Shown piece after piece: positions 1-12,604 of a stretch of 64,000 bases of DNA. Under the pieces are notes generated by a model, which was not told the origin of the DNA, searched no databases, and saw only the letters and a list, made by a program, of their open reading frames with translations. The stretch comes from Mobula hypostoma. Lineage: Eukaryota. Numbering within the stretch: the stretch's first letter is position 1; each line of letters opens with the position of its first letter. The DNA is taken from NCBI RefSeq assembly GCF_963921235.1, contig NC_086097.1, positions 22,260,001-22,324,000 of the forward strand, given 5' to 3'. The translations under genes and the position numbers were made by a program.

Positions 1-1085
1 AATAAAGACCAGTGCTGATCAACTGGCTGGAGTGTTCACTAATATCTTTAACCTCTCACTTCAACAGTCTGAGGTATCCACCTGCTTTAAGCATCTGGCC
101 AGCAAAGGTGCATACGTCAAGATGTTCTTTATCAAGTACAGCCTGGCATTCAAAACTATTACCCCTCAAAACTAATTAATAAGCTTCAAGAACTTGCCTC
201 AATACCTCCTTCTGCAATTGGATTCTCAATTTCCTCACTTGCTGACCCTAGTCAGCTTGTATTGGCAACAACATCTCCTCCCACAAAGTTCATCAGCATA
301 GGTACACCACAAGGCTGTGTGTTTTGCCCCCTGCTCCTATTTGCTTTACACTTATGACTGTGAGGCTAAGCACAGCTCCAATGCCATATTTAAGTTTGCT
401 GATGACACCACTGTCGTTGGCTGAATCAAAAGTGGTGATGATTCAGCATAAAGGAGGGAGATTGAAAATCTGGTTGATTGGAGCTACAACAACAACCTTT
501 CATTCAATGTCATTGAGACCAAGGAGATGATTATTGACCAGGAGAGGGAAATTAGAGGTCCATGAGGCAGTCCTCATTAGGGGATCGGAGGTGGAGTGGA
601 TCAGGAACTTTAAACTCCTTGCTGTTATTATTTCAGAGGCTCTATCCTGGGCCCAGATATAACTGCAATTGTGAAGAAAACACAGTAGTGCCTCTTCTTC
701 CTTAGAAATTTGTGAAGGGTTGGCGTGACGTCTAAAACTTCCGGCAAACTTCTATATATGTGTGGTGGAGAGTTTATCGACTGATTGCATCACACCTGGT
801 GTGAAAACATCAATGCCTTTGAATGGAAAATCTTACAAAAAAATGGCAGATACAGCCTAGTCCATCATGGGTAAAGCCCGTCTACACTGTGGGCTGTGTG
901 AGTTCGTGAAGCTTCTTCCATGCTTTGACAGTTAAAGTAAGCATCTATTGTCACGATCCCCAGCATCGAGGCCACGCTTTGTTTTTGCTGCTTCCTTCAG
1001 GAAGGAGGTACAGGAGCCTCAGGACCTTCACCACCAGGTTCAGGAGAAGTTATTATCCCTCAAACATCAGGCTCTTGGACCAGAG
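1..1085 (+). mobile_element. Degraded Rex1/Babar-type LINE, RT and C-terminal region
   Basis: Frameshifted RT motifs (ACACCACAAGGCTGTGT = TPQGC; TTTAAGTTTGCTGATGACACC = FKFADDT); similar to the better-preserved copy at 59318-60487. Confidence 0.85.
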
Positions 1086-1475
1086 GTGAACAGTTTCAAA
1101 TTCCTTAGAGCACACATCTCCTACAACCTCTCATGATGTAAAAACTTCCTGATGAGGCTGAACTTTCATCAGGGAGGAGGCTTCATAGCACAAACCAGGA
1201 CCACCGGACTCAAAACTATTTACTTTCCTCATTAACACCTCCAGCCACCACCACTACTTTATAATTTCCTGTCAATCACCTTGCGTGCAAACACTTCTGC
1301 GCCGAGTGTCACTGTTATGGACCTACATACAATCTATCTTGTGCATTTATATTTATTGTGTTCTTTATCTTATAGTGATTTTTTTTGTGCTGTATCAGAT
1401 CCGGAGTAACCATTATTTTGTTCTCCATTACACTTGTGTACTGGAAATGATATTAAGAAATCTTGAATCTTGACT
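1086..1475 (+). mobile_element. 3' fragment of a second Rex1-type LINE with (AATCTTG)n tail
   Basis: VNSFKFLRAHIS-like peptide, GGGAGGAGG..ACCAGGACCACCGGACTCAAAA C-terminal motif, tail AATCTTGAATCTTGA. Confidence 0.65.
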
Positions 1476-1569
1476 CTGAAGATCATCTTTTAAACTTTAA
1501 TTTACATTGCCTTCATACTTCATTGGATCTGCTGTGCTTCATGAAGCACTGAAAGATTTAAAGTGTAAT

Positions 1570-1740
1570 ACACATAAAAATGCTAGAGGAACTTAGCAGT
1601 CAGGTTGCATCTATGGGAGGAATAAACTGTTGACATTTTGGGCCGAGACCCTACATCAGGACTGGAAAAGAAAGAGGAAGAGCTCCTCCAGCATTTTGTG
1701 TGTGTGTTACTCTGGATTTCCAGCATACTCAGAATCTTGT
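1570..1740. mobile_element. Penelope-like 3' module, inverted pair, degenerate hammerhead on - strand
   Basis: AAAATGCTAGAGGAACT...CTCCTCCAGCATTTT inverted ends; GGGCCGAGACCCTACATCAGGACT. Confidence 0.75.
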
Positions 1741-1989
1741 CTTGATAATTTAAAGTATAATTTTTTTCGAAAGTTCATTTACATAATGTGGGTGTGACTG
1801 CAAGAACATAATGTGCTGTTCACATTATGAAAAGGAAATAGAGATCGGAGAGGGTGGTTCTGGAAGTGTGAGGATTTAATTATCAAGAAGGGAGAAACAG
1901 ACTGGATCTCCTTGCACTTTAGAAGAGAAAACAGAAAAGTGATCTAAATAACACCTTTAAGATTATGGATGGGCTTGGTAAATGTAGCA

Positions 1990-2535
1990 CACACACAACA
2001 TGCTGGAGGAACTCAGCAGGTCAGGCAGCATCTATGGAGAGGAATAAAGAGTCCATGTTTTGGGTCAGAAAGGGGGACGGAAGAGGCAAGAATAAAATAG
2101 GGAGAGGGGAAGAAGTACAATCTGGCAGGTGATTGGTGAAGCCAGCTGGGGGAGGTGTGATGAACTGAGAATTTGGGATGTGGTAGGAGGAAAAGGTAAA
2201 GGGCTGAAGAAGGAGGAATCGAGAAAGGAAAGGAGAGTGGACCATGGGAGAATGAAGAGGAGGAAGGCACCAGAGGGAGGTGATAGGCAGGTGAGGAGAA
2301 GGGAAGGGTTAAGAGGAGATCCAAAGTAAGGAAAGAAAAGAGAAGGAAGACAGGAGGGGAACAGATGATGAGAAATTGCAGAAATCGATGTTCATGTTGT
2401 CGGTTCGGAAGCTATCCAAACGGAATATGAGGGGTTGCTCCTTCAACCTGATGGTGGCCTCGTTGTGAAAGAACAAGTCAGAATAGGAATGGGAATTGAA
2501 ATTTAAGTGTCTGGCCACCAGGAAATCCCCCCTGT
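1990..2535 (-). mobile_element. Penelope-like element 3' part (GIY-YIG endonuclease C-terminus plus pyrimidine-rich 3' UTR)
   Basis: ORF 2309-2518(-) ARHLNFNSHSYSD..EATIRLKEQPLIFRLDSFRTDNMNIDF matches the PLE C-terminal motif (xxHFN...E..LI..L....P.GMN). Confidence 0.8.
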
Positions 2536-2536
2536 T

Positions 2537-3290
2537 GGGAGAATGGGCAATGAATTAACAGATGGAATATAGTGTGGGAAAGTATGTGGTCATGCACTTT
2601 GGAATAAAGGCATAGATTATTTTCTAAATGGGGAGAAAATTCAGAGGTGCAGGATTACCTAAAGGTTAACTTGGAGGCTGAGTCAGTGGTAAAGAAGGCA
2701 AATGCAATGTTAGTATTCATTTTGAGAGGACTAGAAAATAAAAGCAAGGATGTAATGCTAAGGCTTTATAAGGCGTTGGTCAGATGGCACTTGGAGTATT
2801 GTGAAGAGTTTTGGGCTCCTTCGTGTGGGAGTGAGGGTTCAAGGGAGGCTCATGAGAGTAATTCTGGGAATGAAAGGGTTAACATATGGGGAACATTTGA
2901 TGGTTCTGTAGTCGCTGGAGTTTGGAAGAATGAGGGGGAGGGGAATCATTACATATCAAATATTGAAAGACCTAGATACAGTAGAGTGGATGTGTAAAGG
3001 ATGTTTATAGTGGGAGAGTCAAGGACCAGAGGCCACAGTATCAGATAGAAGGATGCCTCTTTAGAACAGAGATGAAGAGGAATTTCTTTCGCCAGAGGGC
3101 AATGAATCTTTGGAATTCGTTGCCACAGACAGCTGTGGAGGCCAAGTCATTTGGGTAGTTAACAAAAAGGTTGATGGTTTCTTGATTAGTAAGGGTGTCA
3201 ATGGATATGGGGAGAAGGCAGGAGAGGGACAATTAATCACCCATGGTGGACTCAATGGGTTGATTGGCCTAATTCTGTTCGTGTGTCTTA
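2537..3290 (+). mobile_element. CR1/HER1-type LINE 3' fragment
   Basis: ORF 2647-2997 VVKKANAMLVFILRGLENKSKDVMLRLYKALVRWHLEYC; RNFF.QR motif and CR1 3' UTR. Confidence 0.9.
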
Positions 3291-3964
3291 TGGATTGCTG
3301 TACTAGACAGAATGGGGCAATGGCCTCTTGCTGTGCCATGAAGTCAGACTGATTTAATTAAAGGCCGCTTGTTGGGATCTGAGTGCACTATTAGAGTGCA
3401 AATCAAGTAATATTACCCCTGTGCTACCTTACCCAAACCAAGTTGGCCAGTGGTTAAGCTGCTGACCTTAACATTCAAAAGTTAAATTCAGGCCAGATTC
3501 CATGAAATGAGATGATACCTGAGGCTCCCTCTGTTGTGTGAAACAATTAACTGGTATAAACATGTCCTTTCCTTTCCTCCCCTCCCAGCCTGAGGAGGAC
3601 ACTGACTGTGGAAGCCTTGCTTAACCTGCTGTGTGCCATCTGTCCAAAACGGACACGATCAAAAGTGGTCAAATACAAAATACCATCCTACCTCCAAACC
3701 CCTTCAATACTTTTGAGATGGTCACAGTGCATCCTGCCAAATGATCAAGGATCAACTTCATTCACCATATGCATTTACATGTATTAAGAGCTTGCTTTGA
3801 TGTATTGGCAGGACATGCAACAAAGTATCAACATTCAGCAATTATAAATAATAATGGATTATATTATCTACTTATATAATATAAAGTTAGAGGTTAGAGT
3901 ATAGACATGGAATAAAATGTGTATAAATACATGGATCCAGCATGCATTTACAATGTAAACAGCA

Positions 3965-4712
3965 TTATAGACTCATAGAGTAATAGAAAAGTACAGTACC
4001 AAAACATGCCCTTTGGCCCATCTAGTCCATGCTGAACCATTTAAACAGCCTACTCCCATTGATCTGCACTGCCACTATAGCCCTCCCTACCCCTACCATT
4101 CCTGTACCTATCCAAACTTCTCTTAAACATTGAAATCGAGCTCACGTACACCACTTATGCAGGCAGCTCACTCCACACTCTCACGACACTGAGTGAAGAA
4201 GTTTCCCCTCATGTTCCCCTTAAACTTTTCACCTTTCACCCTTAACCCATGACCTCCAGTTGTAGCCCTGTCCAATCTCAGTGGAAGAAGCCTGCTTACA
4301 TTTACCCTGTCTATACCTCTCATAATTTTGCATAAGTACCTGTATCAAATCTCCTCTCAATCTTCTACATTCTGGGGAAGAAAGTCCTACCCTATTTAAT
4401 CTTTCCTTTTAACTCAGGTCCTTCAGACCCAGCAACATCCTTGTAAATTTTCTCTGCAGTCTTTCAACCTTGGGTAGGTGACCAAAACTGCACACAATAC
4501 TCTAAATTATGCCTCCCACATACGTTATGCGACTTCAACATAACATCTCATCTCCTGTATTCAGTACTTTGATTTATGAAGGCCAGCATGCCAAAAGTTT
4601 TCTTCATGACACTATCCAACTGTGATGCCACTTTCAATGAATTATGGACCTGTATTCCCAGATCCCTTTGTTCCGCTGCAATCCTCAATGCCCTACCTTT
4701 CACTGTGTAAAA
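3965..4712 (-). mobile_element. CR1/HER1-type LINE 3' fragment
   Basis: Reverse complement closely resembles 5181-5980; tail CATAGAGTAATAGAAA. Confidence 0.85.
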
Positions 4713-5180
4713 AGTCATTTAAAGTAGTGAGTGATTGCGGGGAGGGGGGGGTTTGGGGTGAGGCTAACTGGAATAGTGGCCCCAGAGACAATGAAGAAAC
4801 TGTACAAGGCACTAGTTAGGCCACTGCCAGTGTAATCAACACAATTCTCGTCCCTAGAGTACAGGGAGTACATAACAGCACAAAATACGGTGCAGTTGAG
4901 ATTGATCAGGGTGAATGGGAGGACCAAGGGTAATATATCCAAGATGGCTACTGATACAATATGGATGGCAGTGTGATTAATAAAGAAAATATCAGAATGT
5001 TAACTGAATGGATGAAGATGTGTTAGATGGAATAGAATGTGGATTATGTGCAAGGAGCTCATGTTGTTCAGAGGGATTTGGGTTCTTGGTACTGTACATG
5101 AAGGTTAAATGTGCAAATACAGAGACCGTTATTGCAAGAAGGTTTTAATACAAGACAGCTTGCTCCACTTAGTCAATACC

Positions 5181-5980
5181 ATAGAAATAGAAACCATAGA
5201 AACTACAGCACAGAAACAGGCCCTTTGGCCCTTCTTGGCTGTGCCGACATTTTCTGCCTAGTCCCACTGACCTGCGCACGGACCATATCCCTCCATGCAC
5301 CTCCCATCCATGTATCTGTCCAATTTATTCTTAAATGTTAAAAAAGAACCCGCATTTACCACCTCGTCTGGCAGCTCATTCCATACTCCCACCACTCTCT
5401 GTGTGAAGAAGCCCCCCCTAATGTTCCCTTTAAACTTTTCCCCCCTCACCCGTAACCCATGTCCTCTGGTTTTTTTCTCCCCTTGCCTCAGTGGAAAAAG
5501 CCTGCTTGCATTCACTCTATCTATACCCATCATAATTTTATATACCTCTATCAAATCTTCCCTCATTTTTCTACGCTCCAGGGAATAAAGTCCTAACCTA
5601 TTCAACCTTTCTCTGTAACTGAGTTTCTCAAGTCCTGGCAACATCCTTGTAAACCTTCTCTGCACTCTTTCAACCTTATTTATATCCTTCCTGTAATTTG
5701 GTGACCAAAACTGAACGCAATACTCCAGATTCGGCCTCACCAATGCCGTATACAACCTCATCATAACATTCCAGCTCTTATACTCAATACTTCGATTAAT
5801 AAAGGCCAATGTACCAAAAGCTCTCTTTACGACCCTATCTACCTGTGACGACACTTTTAGGGAATTTTGTATCTGTATTCCCAGATCCCTCTGTTCCACT
5901 GCACTCCTCAGTGCCTTACCATTAACCCTGTAAGTTCTACGTTGGTTTGTCCTTCCAACGTGCAATACCTCACACTTGTC
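5181..5980 (-). mobile_element. Young 5'-truncated CR1/HER1-type LINE with intact ORF2 C-terminus
   Basis: Uninterrupted 235-aa ORF 5258-5965(-): RDLGI, LYTALVRPNLEYCVQFWSP, ERVQRRFTR, FFTQRVVGVWNELP; (TTTCTATGG)-type tail. Confidence 0.95.
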
Positions 5981-6074
5981 AGTGGTCTATGATGGCCAAG
6001 TGGTCTAAAGAGCTGGTCACAGTCTCACCTGGAGGTGTGAATTTGAATCCCACTCCTGACATAGTTCCTCTAGG

Positions 6075-7477
6075 GTTGGAAGGTGTTGAATAGCTGCGGA
6101 TAGAGCTAAGGAACTGCAAGGATAAGGAGATACCAACCCAGACCTCCAAGCAACAGTAAAGATATTGTCTACAAGTTACAATGGGAGATAGAAAATGCAT
6201 GCCAAAAAGGCAATGTTATGATAGTCATGGGGGATTTCAATATGCAGGTAGATTGGAAAAATCAGGTTGGTGCTGGATTCCAAGAGGGGGAATCTCTAGA
6301 GTGCCTGTGAGATGGCTTTTACAGCAGCTCGTGGTTGAGCCCACTAGGGGATCAGCTATTCTGCAATGAACCAGAATGTATTAGAGAGCTTAAGGTAAAA
6401 GAACCCAGAGGGGAAAGTGATTTCACCCTGAAATCTGAGATGCTGAAGTCAGATGTATCAGGATTACAGTGCAGTAAAGCAAATTACAGAAGCACGAGAG
6501 AGGAGTTGGCCACAATTGATTGGAATAGAACACTGGCAGGGTTAATGATGGAGCAGCAATTGCTGGAATTCCTCGGAGTAATTCAGAAGGTGCAGGATAT
6601 TGACATCCCAAAGGAGAAGATGGATTCTAAAGACAAGATGACACAACCATGCGAAACAAGGGAAGTCAAAGGCACCATAAAAGCCAAAGTGAGGGCATAG
6701 AATAGAGCAAAAATTAGTGGGAAGTTAGGGGATTGGAAAGCATTTAAATACCACAGACGGTAACGAAAAAGGTCATGAAGAAGGTAAAGATGGAATATGA
6801 AAGTAAGCTCGCCAATAATATTAAAGAGGATACCAAGTGTTTCTTCAGATACATAAAGTGAAAAAGAGAGATGAGAGTAGATATTGGACCACTGGGAAAC
6901 AATGCTGGAGAAGTAGTAATGGGGGACAAGGAAATGGCAGACAAACTGAATAAATATTTTGCATCAGTCTTCACTGCGGAAGACACTAGCAGTATGGTGG
7001 AAGTTCCAGGTGTCAAGGGTTATGAAGTGCATGAAATTACCATTACTCGGGAGAAGGTTCTTAGGAAACAAAGTTCTGAAGGTAGATTGTCACCTAGACC
7101 AGATAGTGTACACCCTAGAATTCTGAAAGAGGCAGCTGAAGAGGTTGTGGAGGCATTAGTAATGATCTTTCAGGAATTCTGGAATGATTCTGGAAGACTG
7201 GAAAATTGCAAATGTAATGCCACTCTTCAAGAAGACAGAAGAAAGTAAATCATAGGCCAATTAGTCTGACCTCAGTGGCTGGGAAGATAATGGAGTTGAT
7301 TATTAAGGATGAATTTTCAGGGTACTTGGAGGCACATGATAAAATAGGCCACAGTCAGCACGGTTTCCTCAAGGGAAAATCTTGCCTGACACATCTGTTG
7401 GAATACTTTGAAGAAATAACAAGCAGGATAGACAAAGGAAAATGAGTGAATGTCGTGTATTTGGATTTTCAGAAGGT
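6075..7477 (+). mobile_element. CR1-type LINE ORF2 internal fragment (endonuclease to start of RT)
   Basis: ATGGGGGATTTCAAT (MGDFN), VVEPTRGSAIL, KEMADKLNKYFASVFTAED, SPRPDSVHPRILKE, SQHGF..GKSCLT, YLDFQK. Confidence 0.9.
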
Positions 7478-7805
7478 GGATTGAGTATTTCAGAAACTGC
7501 TGATCTGCTGGGATTTTCAAGCACAACAGTGTCTAGAGTTTACATTGAATAGTGAGTGGCAGCTCTGTTGGCAAAAATCCCTCGTTATGGGAGAGGTTAG
7601 AGGAGAATGAGTTAAGTTGACCGGAAGGCGACAGGAACTAAAGTAACCATGTATTACAACAGTGGTGTGCATAAGAGCATCTCTGAATACACAACACATT
7701 GAACCTTGAAGAGGAAGGGCTTCAGCAGTGGAAGACCATAAACGTACACTCTGTGGCCATCTTATGAGGCACAGGAGCTGCCGAATAGTGTGGCCACTGA
7801 GTCTA
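7478..7805 (+). mobile_element. Tc1-like non-autonomous DNA transposon fragment
   Basis: Encodes HTH-like SISETADLLGFSSTTVSRVY; ends in TIR-like GTGGCCACTGAGT; same family as 41814-42375. Confidence 0.75.
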
Positions 7806-8059
7806 TTATAATTATTCCACTCTTCTAAATCTAAACTCTGTAAATTTTCAAATTATTCTGTCATTGCTTTTTCCTTTGTACTACCTTGAAGTATTTAAAT
7901 TTGAAAAGTCTGTACAAATTGCCTGCAAAACAGATTTTTACCCTGTGCCTCATGAGCATATAAGGTACAGAGAAAAAAATGTTTTGCATGCCAGGGAGTG
8001 TCCAAGAAGGGCTAACACCCCTGGTGATGGGGCTTGTGGTGTCCATTGTGGAGAAGCTC

Positions 8060-8495
8060 ACTCATCTTTTGGACCCCACTGGACACTCAGCTCTCACCTG
8101 TGGCTCTAAGTAGCTGCTTGTGTGCAACAATGGTCACACCACAGTACAACAACTCAATAACAGATGGGCTAAACCAGGCGAGGGTAGCTAGTGGGCCTTG
8201 GACTCTGGTGAAATAGGGACATGCCTATCCTGGCATGCAAATTCAACTCCGAAAGACTGGGCAGATGAGAACAACAGTGAGATCCAACATCTGGGAAGGC
8301 AGTTCTGCAAAGCTTTGTAGAGAGCGAAGGGCACGACAAGGTACAGAAGAAGTCATGATCATCCATGGCAGCCAAAGAAAACCCCAGTTGTGATGACTAC
8401 TAGCACCACTTGTCTCAGACTTCCGATGTTGAGAGAGTGCCTCCTCTCTCAAGAGTGGAACAACTACTCCAGTACAGCGGCATTTCCACTTTCAT
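8060..8495 (+). mobile_element. Probable RTE-type non-autonomous element
   Basis: RTE 5' UTR-like composition (GGGCTAAACCAGGCGAGGGTAGC...GGTGAAATAGGG); no coding motif; assignment by resemblance only. Confidence 0.4.
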
Positions 8496-8549
8496 AACCG
8501 TCCAGCACAGAATTTTTTTGTGCAATTCACATCATCTAGAAGATCTGCA

Positions 8550-9282
8550 AAGTTCAAAGTAAATTATATATATCACCAGATACAATCCTGAGATTCATTT
8601 TCTTACAGACATACTCAGCAAATCCATTAACCATAACAGAATCAATGAAAGACCGCACACAAGAGTAGACAACCGATGTGCAAATGACAAACTGTACGTA
8701 TACAAAAGGAAAAAAAAAATAATAACTACCTCAGCAATAGCTATTGGGAACATGAGATGAAAAGTCCTTGAAAGTGAGTCCATAGGTTGTGAAAACAGGT
8801 CAGTGTTGAGGCAAGTGAAGATGTGTGAAGTTATCCCCTCGGGTTCAAGAGCCTGATAGTTGAGGGGTAATAACTGTTCCCAAACCTGGTGGCATAAGTC
8901 CCAAGGCCTTTGTACCTTCTTCATGATTGCAGCAGTGAGTACAGAGAATTTTCTAGGTGATGGGAGTCCCTGATGATTGATGCTGCCTTTTTACAACAAT
9001 GCTCCGTGTAGATGTGTTCAGTGGTGGGGGAGGGCTTTACTTGTGATGGTCTGGGCTGTATCCATGACTCTTTGTAGGATTTTCCGTTCAAGGGCATTGG
9101 TGTTTCCATAGCAGGCTGTGATGCAGCCAGTGAATATACTCTCCACCACACATCTAAGGTTTGCTAAAGTTCTAGATGTCATGTTGAATCTTCACAGACG
9201 TCTGAGGAAGTAGAGGTACTGCCACGTTTTCTCCATAGTTGCACTTATATGCCGAGCCCAGGACAGGTCCTCTGAAATGATT
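8550..9282 (-). mobile_element. Rex1/Babar-type LINE 3' fragment
   Basis: HCCKKAASIIRDSHH C-terminal motif in ORF 8921-9151; tail (AACTTTG)n. Confidence 0.85.
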
Positions 9283-9349
9283 GGTTTTCTGTTGCATCCA
9301 ATCAATCACCTTGGTATATGTATCAGAAATAAACCAATTGCATTGTCTT

Positions 9350-9630
9350 CCCTATCTAAGTGTCTCAAACCAGGAGTCAGGGTCTCAGAATAAGGGCTGA
9401 GCTATTCAGTGCTGAAATAAGAAGAAATTTCTTCACCCAGAGAGGAGCAAGTCTTTGGGATTCTCTACCCAAGCGAGCTGTAAACATTCAGATCCCGAGT
9501 ACAGGGATAGATTTTTCCATATCCATGAAGCTTGGTGTTAGTGCAAGAAAGTGGGGCGAAGATTAAAGATTAGGTATGATCTTACTGAATTGTAGAACAA
9601 GCACTGAGGGGCCAAATGGCCTCTTGTTTC
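9350..9630 (+). mobile_element. Old CR1 LINE 3' fragment
   Basis: ORF 9360-9566 TRSQGLRIR...IRRNFFTQR..LWDSLP. Confidence 0.75.
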
Positions 9631-10934
9631 AATTTCTCACTTTTTCATTAAAATTATAAATCTTGCACATGGGTTCCTTGCATGCATTGTTGGCTGAGAT
9701 TAATGTGGACATGAGATACTCTGCCTGGTGTTTTAAGATATATTTTGACTTGCTTTTGTTTTTTCTCTTTCAGCAATAAATCGACTACAAAGCATGTGAG
9801 AGGATATAAATGTAATTTTTTATCCAGGGCTGAAAGAGTGAAGCTGAAACAAAAGGTCAACTACATTGATATCAATGCCAGCAGCACAACTTTCTTGTCA
9901 GTCTTTACTTATATGACATGCAAGCAGACCACAAGTATACACAGAGGACTGCTCTGTACAGCTGCCTACCACGGTTTGTTGAACTTAACACACAGCTTTA
10001 CAATCTCTCAAGAGAGATTCATGGATTCAGCACCATCTTTGAAAACATTTATTCACACAAGTGTACATTCAGCCCATTTAATCTGCTCTTCTATTTAATT
10101 AGATCATCATTGATTTATTAAATAGATTGATTATCAACCCAATTTCAGTTAGCCTGCAGCAACTTTTGCCCCCGGCTTTTGAAGTGGGTTCCTGCCTTAA
10201 ATATATTGAGACTCTGCTTCCAACATTCTTAAAGGAAAAAAAAAATTCCAAAGATTTGCTATCCTATGTGAGAAATTTTCCCTCATACTTGACTTAGCTA
10301 AGTAACCCTCTGTTTTAAACAGCAACCTTTAGTATTTTTATATGAGGAAAGATCTTGTGTTCCACTCTCTTCGAGATGTTGTGAAAACTGTGGCCTATAC
10401 AACTTCCTTCATAACACCACACACCTATTACAGATATTAGTCAAACACACTTTCACTGTACTGCCCCAAGCACATTAATATCCTTCTTTAAATAAGGAGA
10501 CCAATATGGTAGGCACTGGGGACCACAGATTCTGGCATCTGGAGCAAGCAACAAAATGCTGGAAGAACTCTGCAGTCCTGGAAATATCTGTGGAATGAAA
10601 TGGGTGAAGGGCCTAAGACAAAGGGGCCCTGGAGAGATCAGGTGTAGGGTCAATCTGAAATTTTCAACCATACATTTTCCTCCATAGACGCTACCTGACC
10701 CATTAAACTCCACAAGCATCTTGTTTGCTTCAGACCGATGATGCACATACAAGGTTCAGGAAGTGATTAACCCTCAAACATCAGGCTCTAAAACCAAAAG
10801 GGATCACGTCACTCAACTTCACTTGCTTCATCACTGAACAGTTCCCACAAGCTGTGGATTCACTTTTCAATGACTCTTCATCTCATAACACACTGGAGGA
10901 ACTCAGCAGGTCGGGCAGCATTCATGGAAACAAT

Positions 10935-10972
10935 CAGTCAACGTTTTGGGCTGGAACCCTTCATCAGGACTG
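10935..10972 (-). ncRNA. Hammerhead ribozyme motif with GAAA>AAAA core change
   Basis: Reverse complement CAGTC-CTGATGA-AGGGTTCCAGCCC-AAAA-C-GTT-GACTG. Confidence 0.6.
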
Positions 10973-11086
10973 AAGAGGGAAGGGGCAGAAGCCCTGTAAA
11001 GAAGGTTTTTCCACCAGGAACCTACCAGCCTTCTCCTTCCCACCCTCCCCCTACCTTCTTTATAGGACCTCTGCCCCTTCCCTCTT

Positions 11087-11124
11087 CAGTCCTGACGAAG
11101 GGTTCTGGCCTGAAACGTTGACTG
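11087..11124 (+). ncRNA. Minimal type I hammerhead ribozyme motif (core intact)
   Basis: CAGTC-CTGACGA-A-GGGTTCTGGCCT-GAAA-C-GTT-GACTG: stem I CAGTC/GACTG, CUGANGA and GAAA boxes, NUH triplet GUU. Confidence 0.75.
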
Positions 11125-11753
11125 TTCATTTCCACGGACGCTGCCCGACCTGCTGAGTTCCTCCAGCATGTTGTGAGTGTTGCTTTGACCCCAGCATCTG
11201 CCGATTATTTTGTGCTTACTCTTCATCTCATGTTCTTGAGATTTATTGCTTATTTATTTATTTTTTCTTTTTGGATTTGAGCAGTTTGTTGTCTTTTGCC
11301 CAAGTTGGTGCTATCTTTCTTTGATTCTGTCATGGTTATACACAAGAAATCCAAAATAGAATATATCTGCAAGAAATGAATCTCAGGATTGCATATAGTG
11401 ATAGATATGTACTTTGAGAATAAATGCACTTTGAACTTTAATAAGCACTAAAAATGTATCTCATCAAAGTCATATATAATCAGAATCAGATTTATTATCA
11501 CCGAGTTAAATATTGTGCTTTTTTGTTTTGTGGCAGCAGTACCATGCAAAAACATTAACATTACTATAAATTACAAAATAAACGAATAATGGAAGTGAAA
11601 TTGATAACAAAATTGTGGACCTTACAGAAAACTGATGGTGAAGGAGAAGAAGCTGTTCTTAAATTGTTGAGTGTGAGAATTCCTCCTCCCCCTGACGAGG
11701 GCTTGTCCTCCCTAATTTTGTTTTCTATTATCCAAGCAACAATAAATGTGTAT

Positions 11754-12088
11754 TGTGGCGAACATTTGGTCCATAATGACAGATCAGGAAGCTCTTTAGC
11801 TCAACAACCGTTTTATTGTGATAAACACAAAACAGACTGGGCACCATGACCCGGAGAGTGAACCCAACCAGTCTCACACCAACGGGGGAGGTGACCATCA
11901 CACACCCTGGTTACAGTTAGGGCGACCCACAAATACGCTAGCAAGTAACTATATAACCCAAGCTAAAATGTAACAATAAATGAACTGGAACTTCCCACCA
12001 TAATCCCACAAAAGCTTTTTAACACAGGAACAATAAACAGTACTGGTCATTAGAAATGCAGGGGCAGGCTGTCGACCATGCCCCCACA
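11754..12088 (-). mobile_element. Possible solo LTR (Gypsy-like)
   Basis: TGTGG...CCACA termini; AATAAA near the 3' end on the - strand; no clear TSD. Confidence 0.45.
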
Positions 12089-12604
12089 CAGAACTTCACA
12101 ATATGTTTGGATGTGATAACTGCTATGACACTTTTATACTTTATTTCTTCCCTTCTCTCTCGGAGGCTGTCTCCAAACTGTCTGAGTTAAAGTCAAATTT
12201 ATTATCAAAGTCCATACAGCATATGCTGCCATATACTAGCTTGACATTCATTTCCTTGCAAGTATTTACAGGAAAAATAGAAATAGATAGAGGATAACAG
12301 AAAACTTTACATGAAAAGACTGACAAACAACCTGTGGCCAGAAGAAAACTGTGCAAATAAAAACAGAATACAAAATTCCATCCAAGGTCTCTGGCCCCGC
12401 GGTGATCATTCACACGTGTGTCCAGACGATGGGCAGCTGGGATCACAGCTTCAGACATTACGTCCTCGCCAACATCCACAACCTCCCCGTAGAAAGCATC
12501 CTATCTGGACTCATCGCGGCTTGTTATGGCAGCTGCTCTGCGTGTGACCACAAGAAACTGCAGAGTTGTGGAGGCAGCTCAACACGCAATGGAAACCATC
12601 TTCC

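Larger units (their letters stand above)
10889..11215. mobile_element. Fold-back Penelope-like element: two inverted 3' modules, each with a hammerhead motif
   Basis: Arms approx. 10892-11005 and 11053-11166 are reverse complements; inserted in a Rex1 3' UTR with CTCTTCATCTCAT present on both sides. Confidence 0.85.

Noticed and set aside
3480..3660. Possible ancient Deu/AmnSINE-like relic
   Set aside because: Resemblance too weak to support without an HMM search.
5258..5965. Longest ORFs (5258-5965, 59318-59986, 56353-56832) as host or domesticated genes
   Set aside because: 5'-truncated LINE ORF2 ends with normal 3' UTRs and tails; intactness is explained by young age.
9745..10098. 117-aa ORF following a polypyrimidine tract
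   Set aside because: Unrecognisable peptide with no good donor site; kept only as a weak acceptor note.
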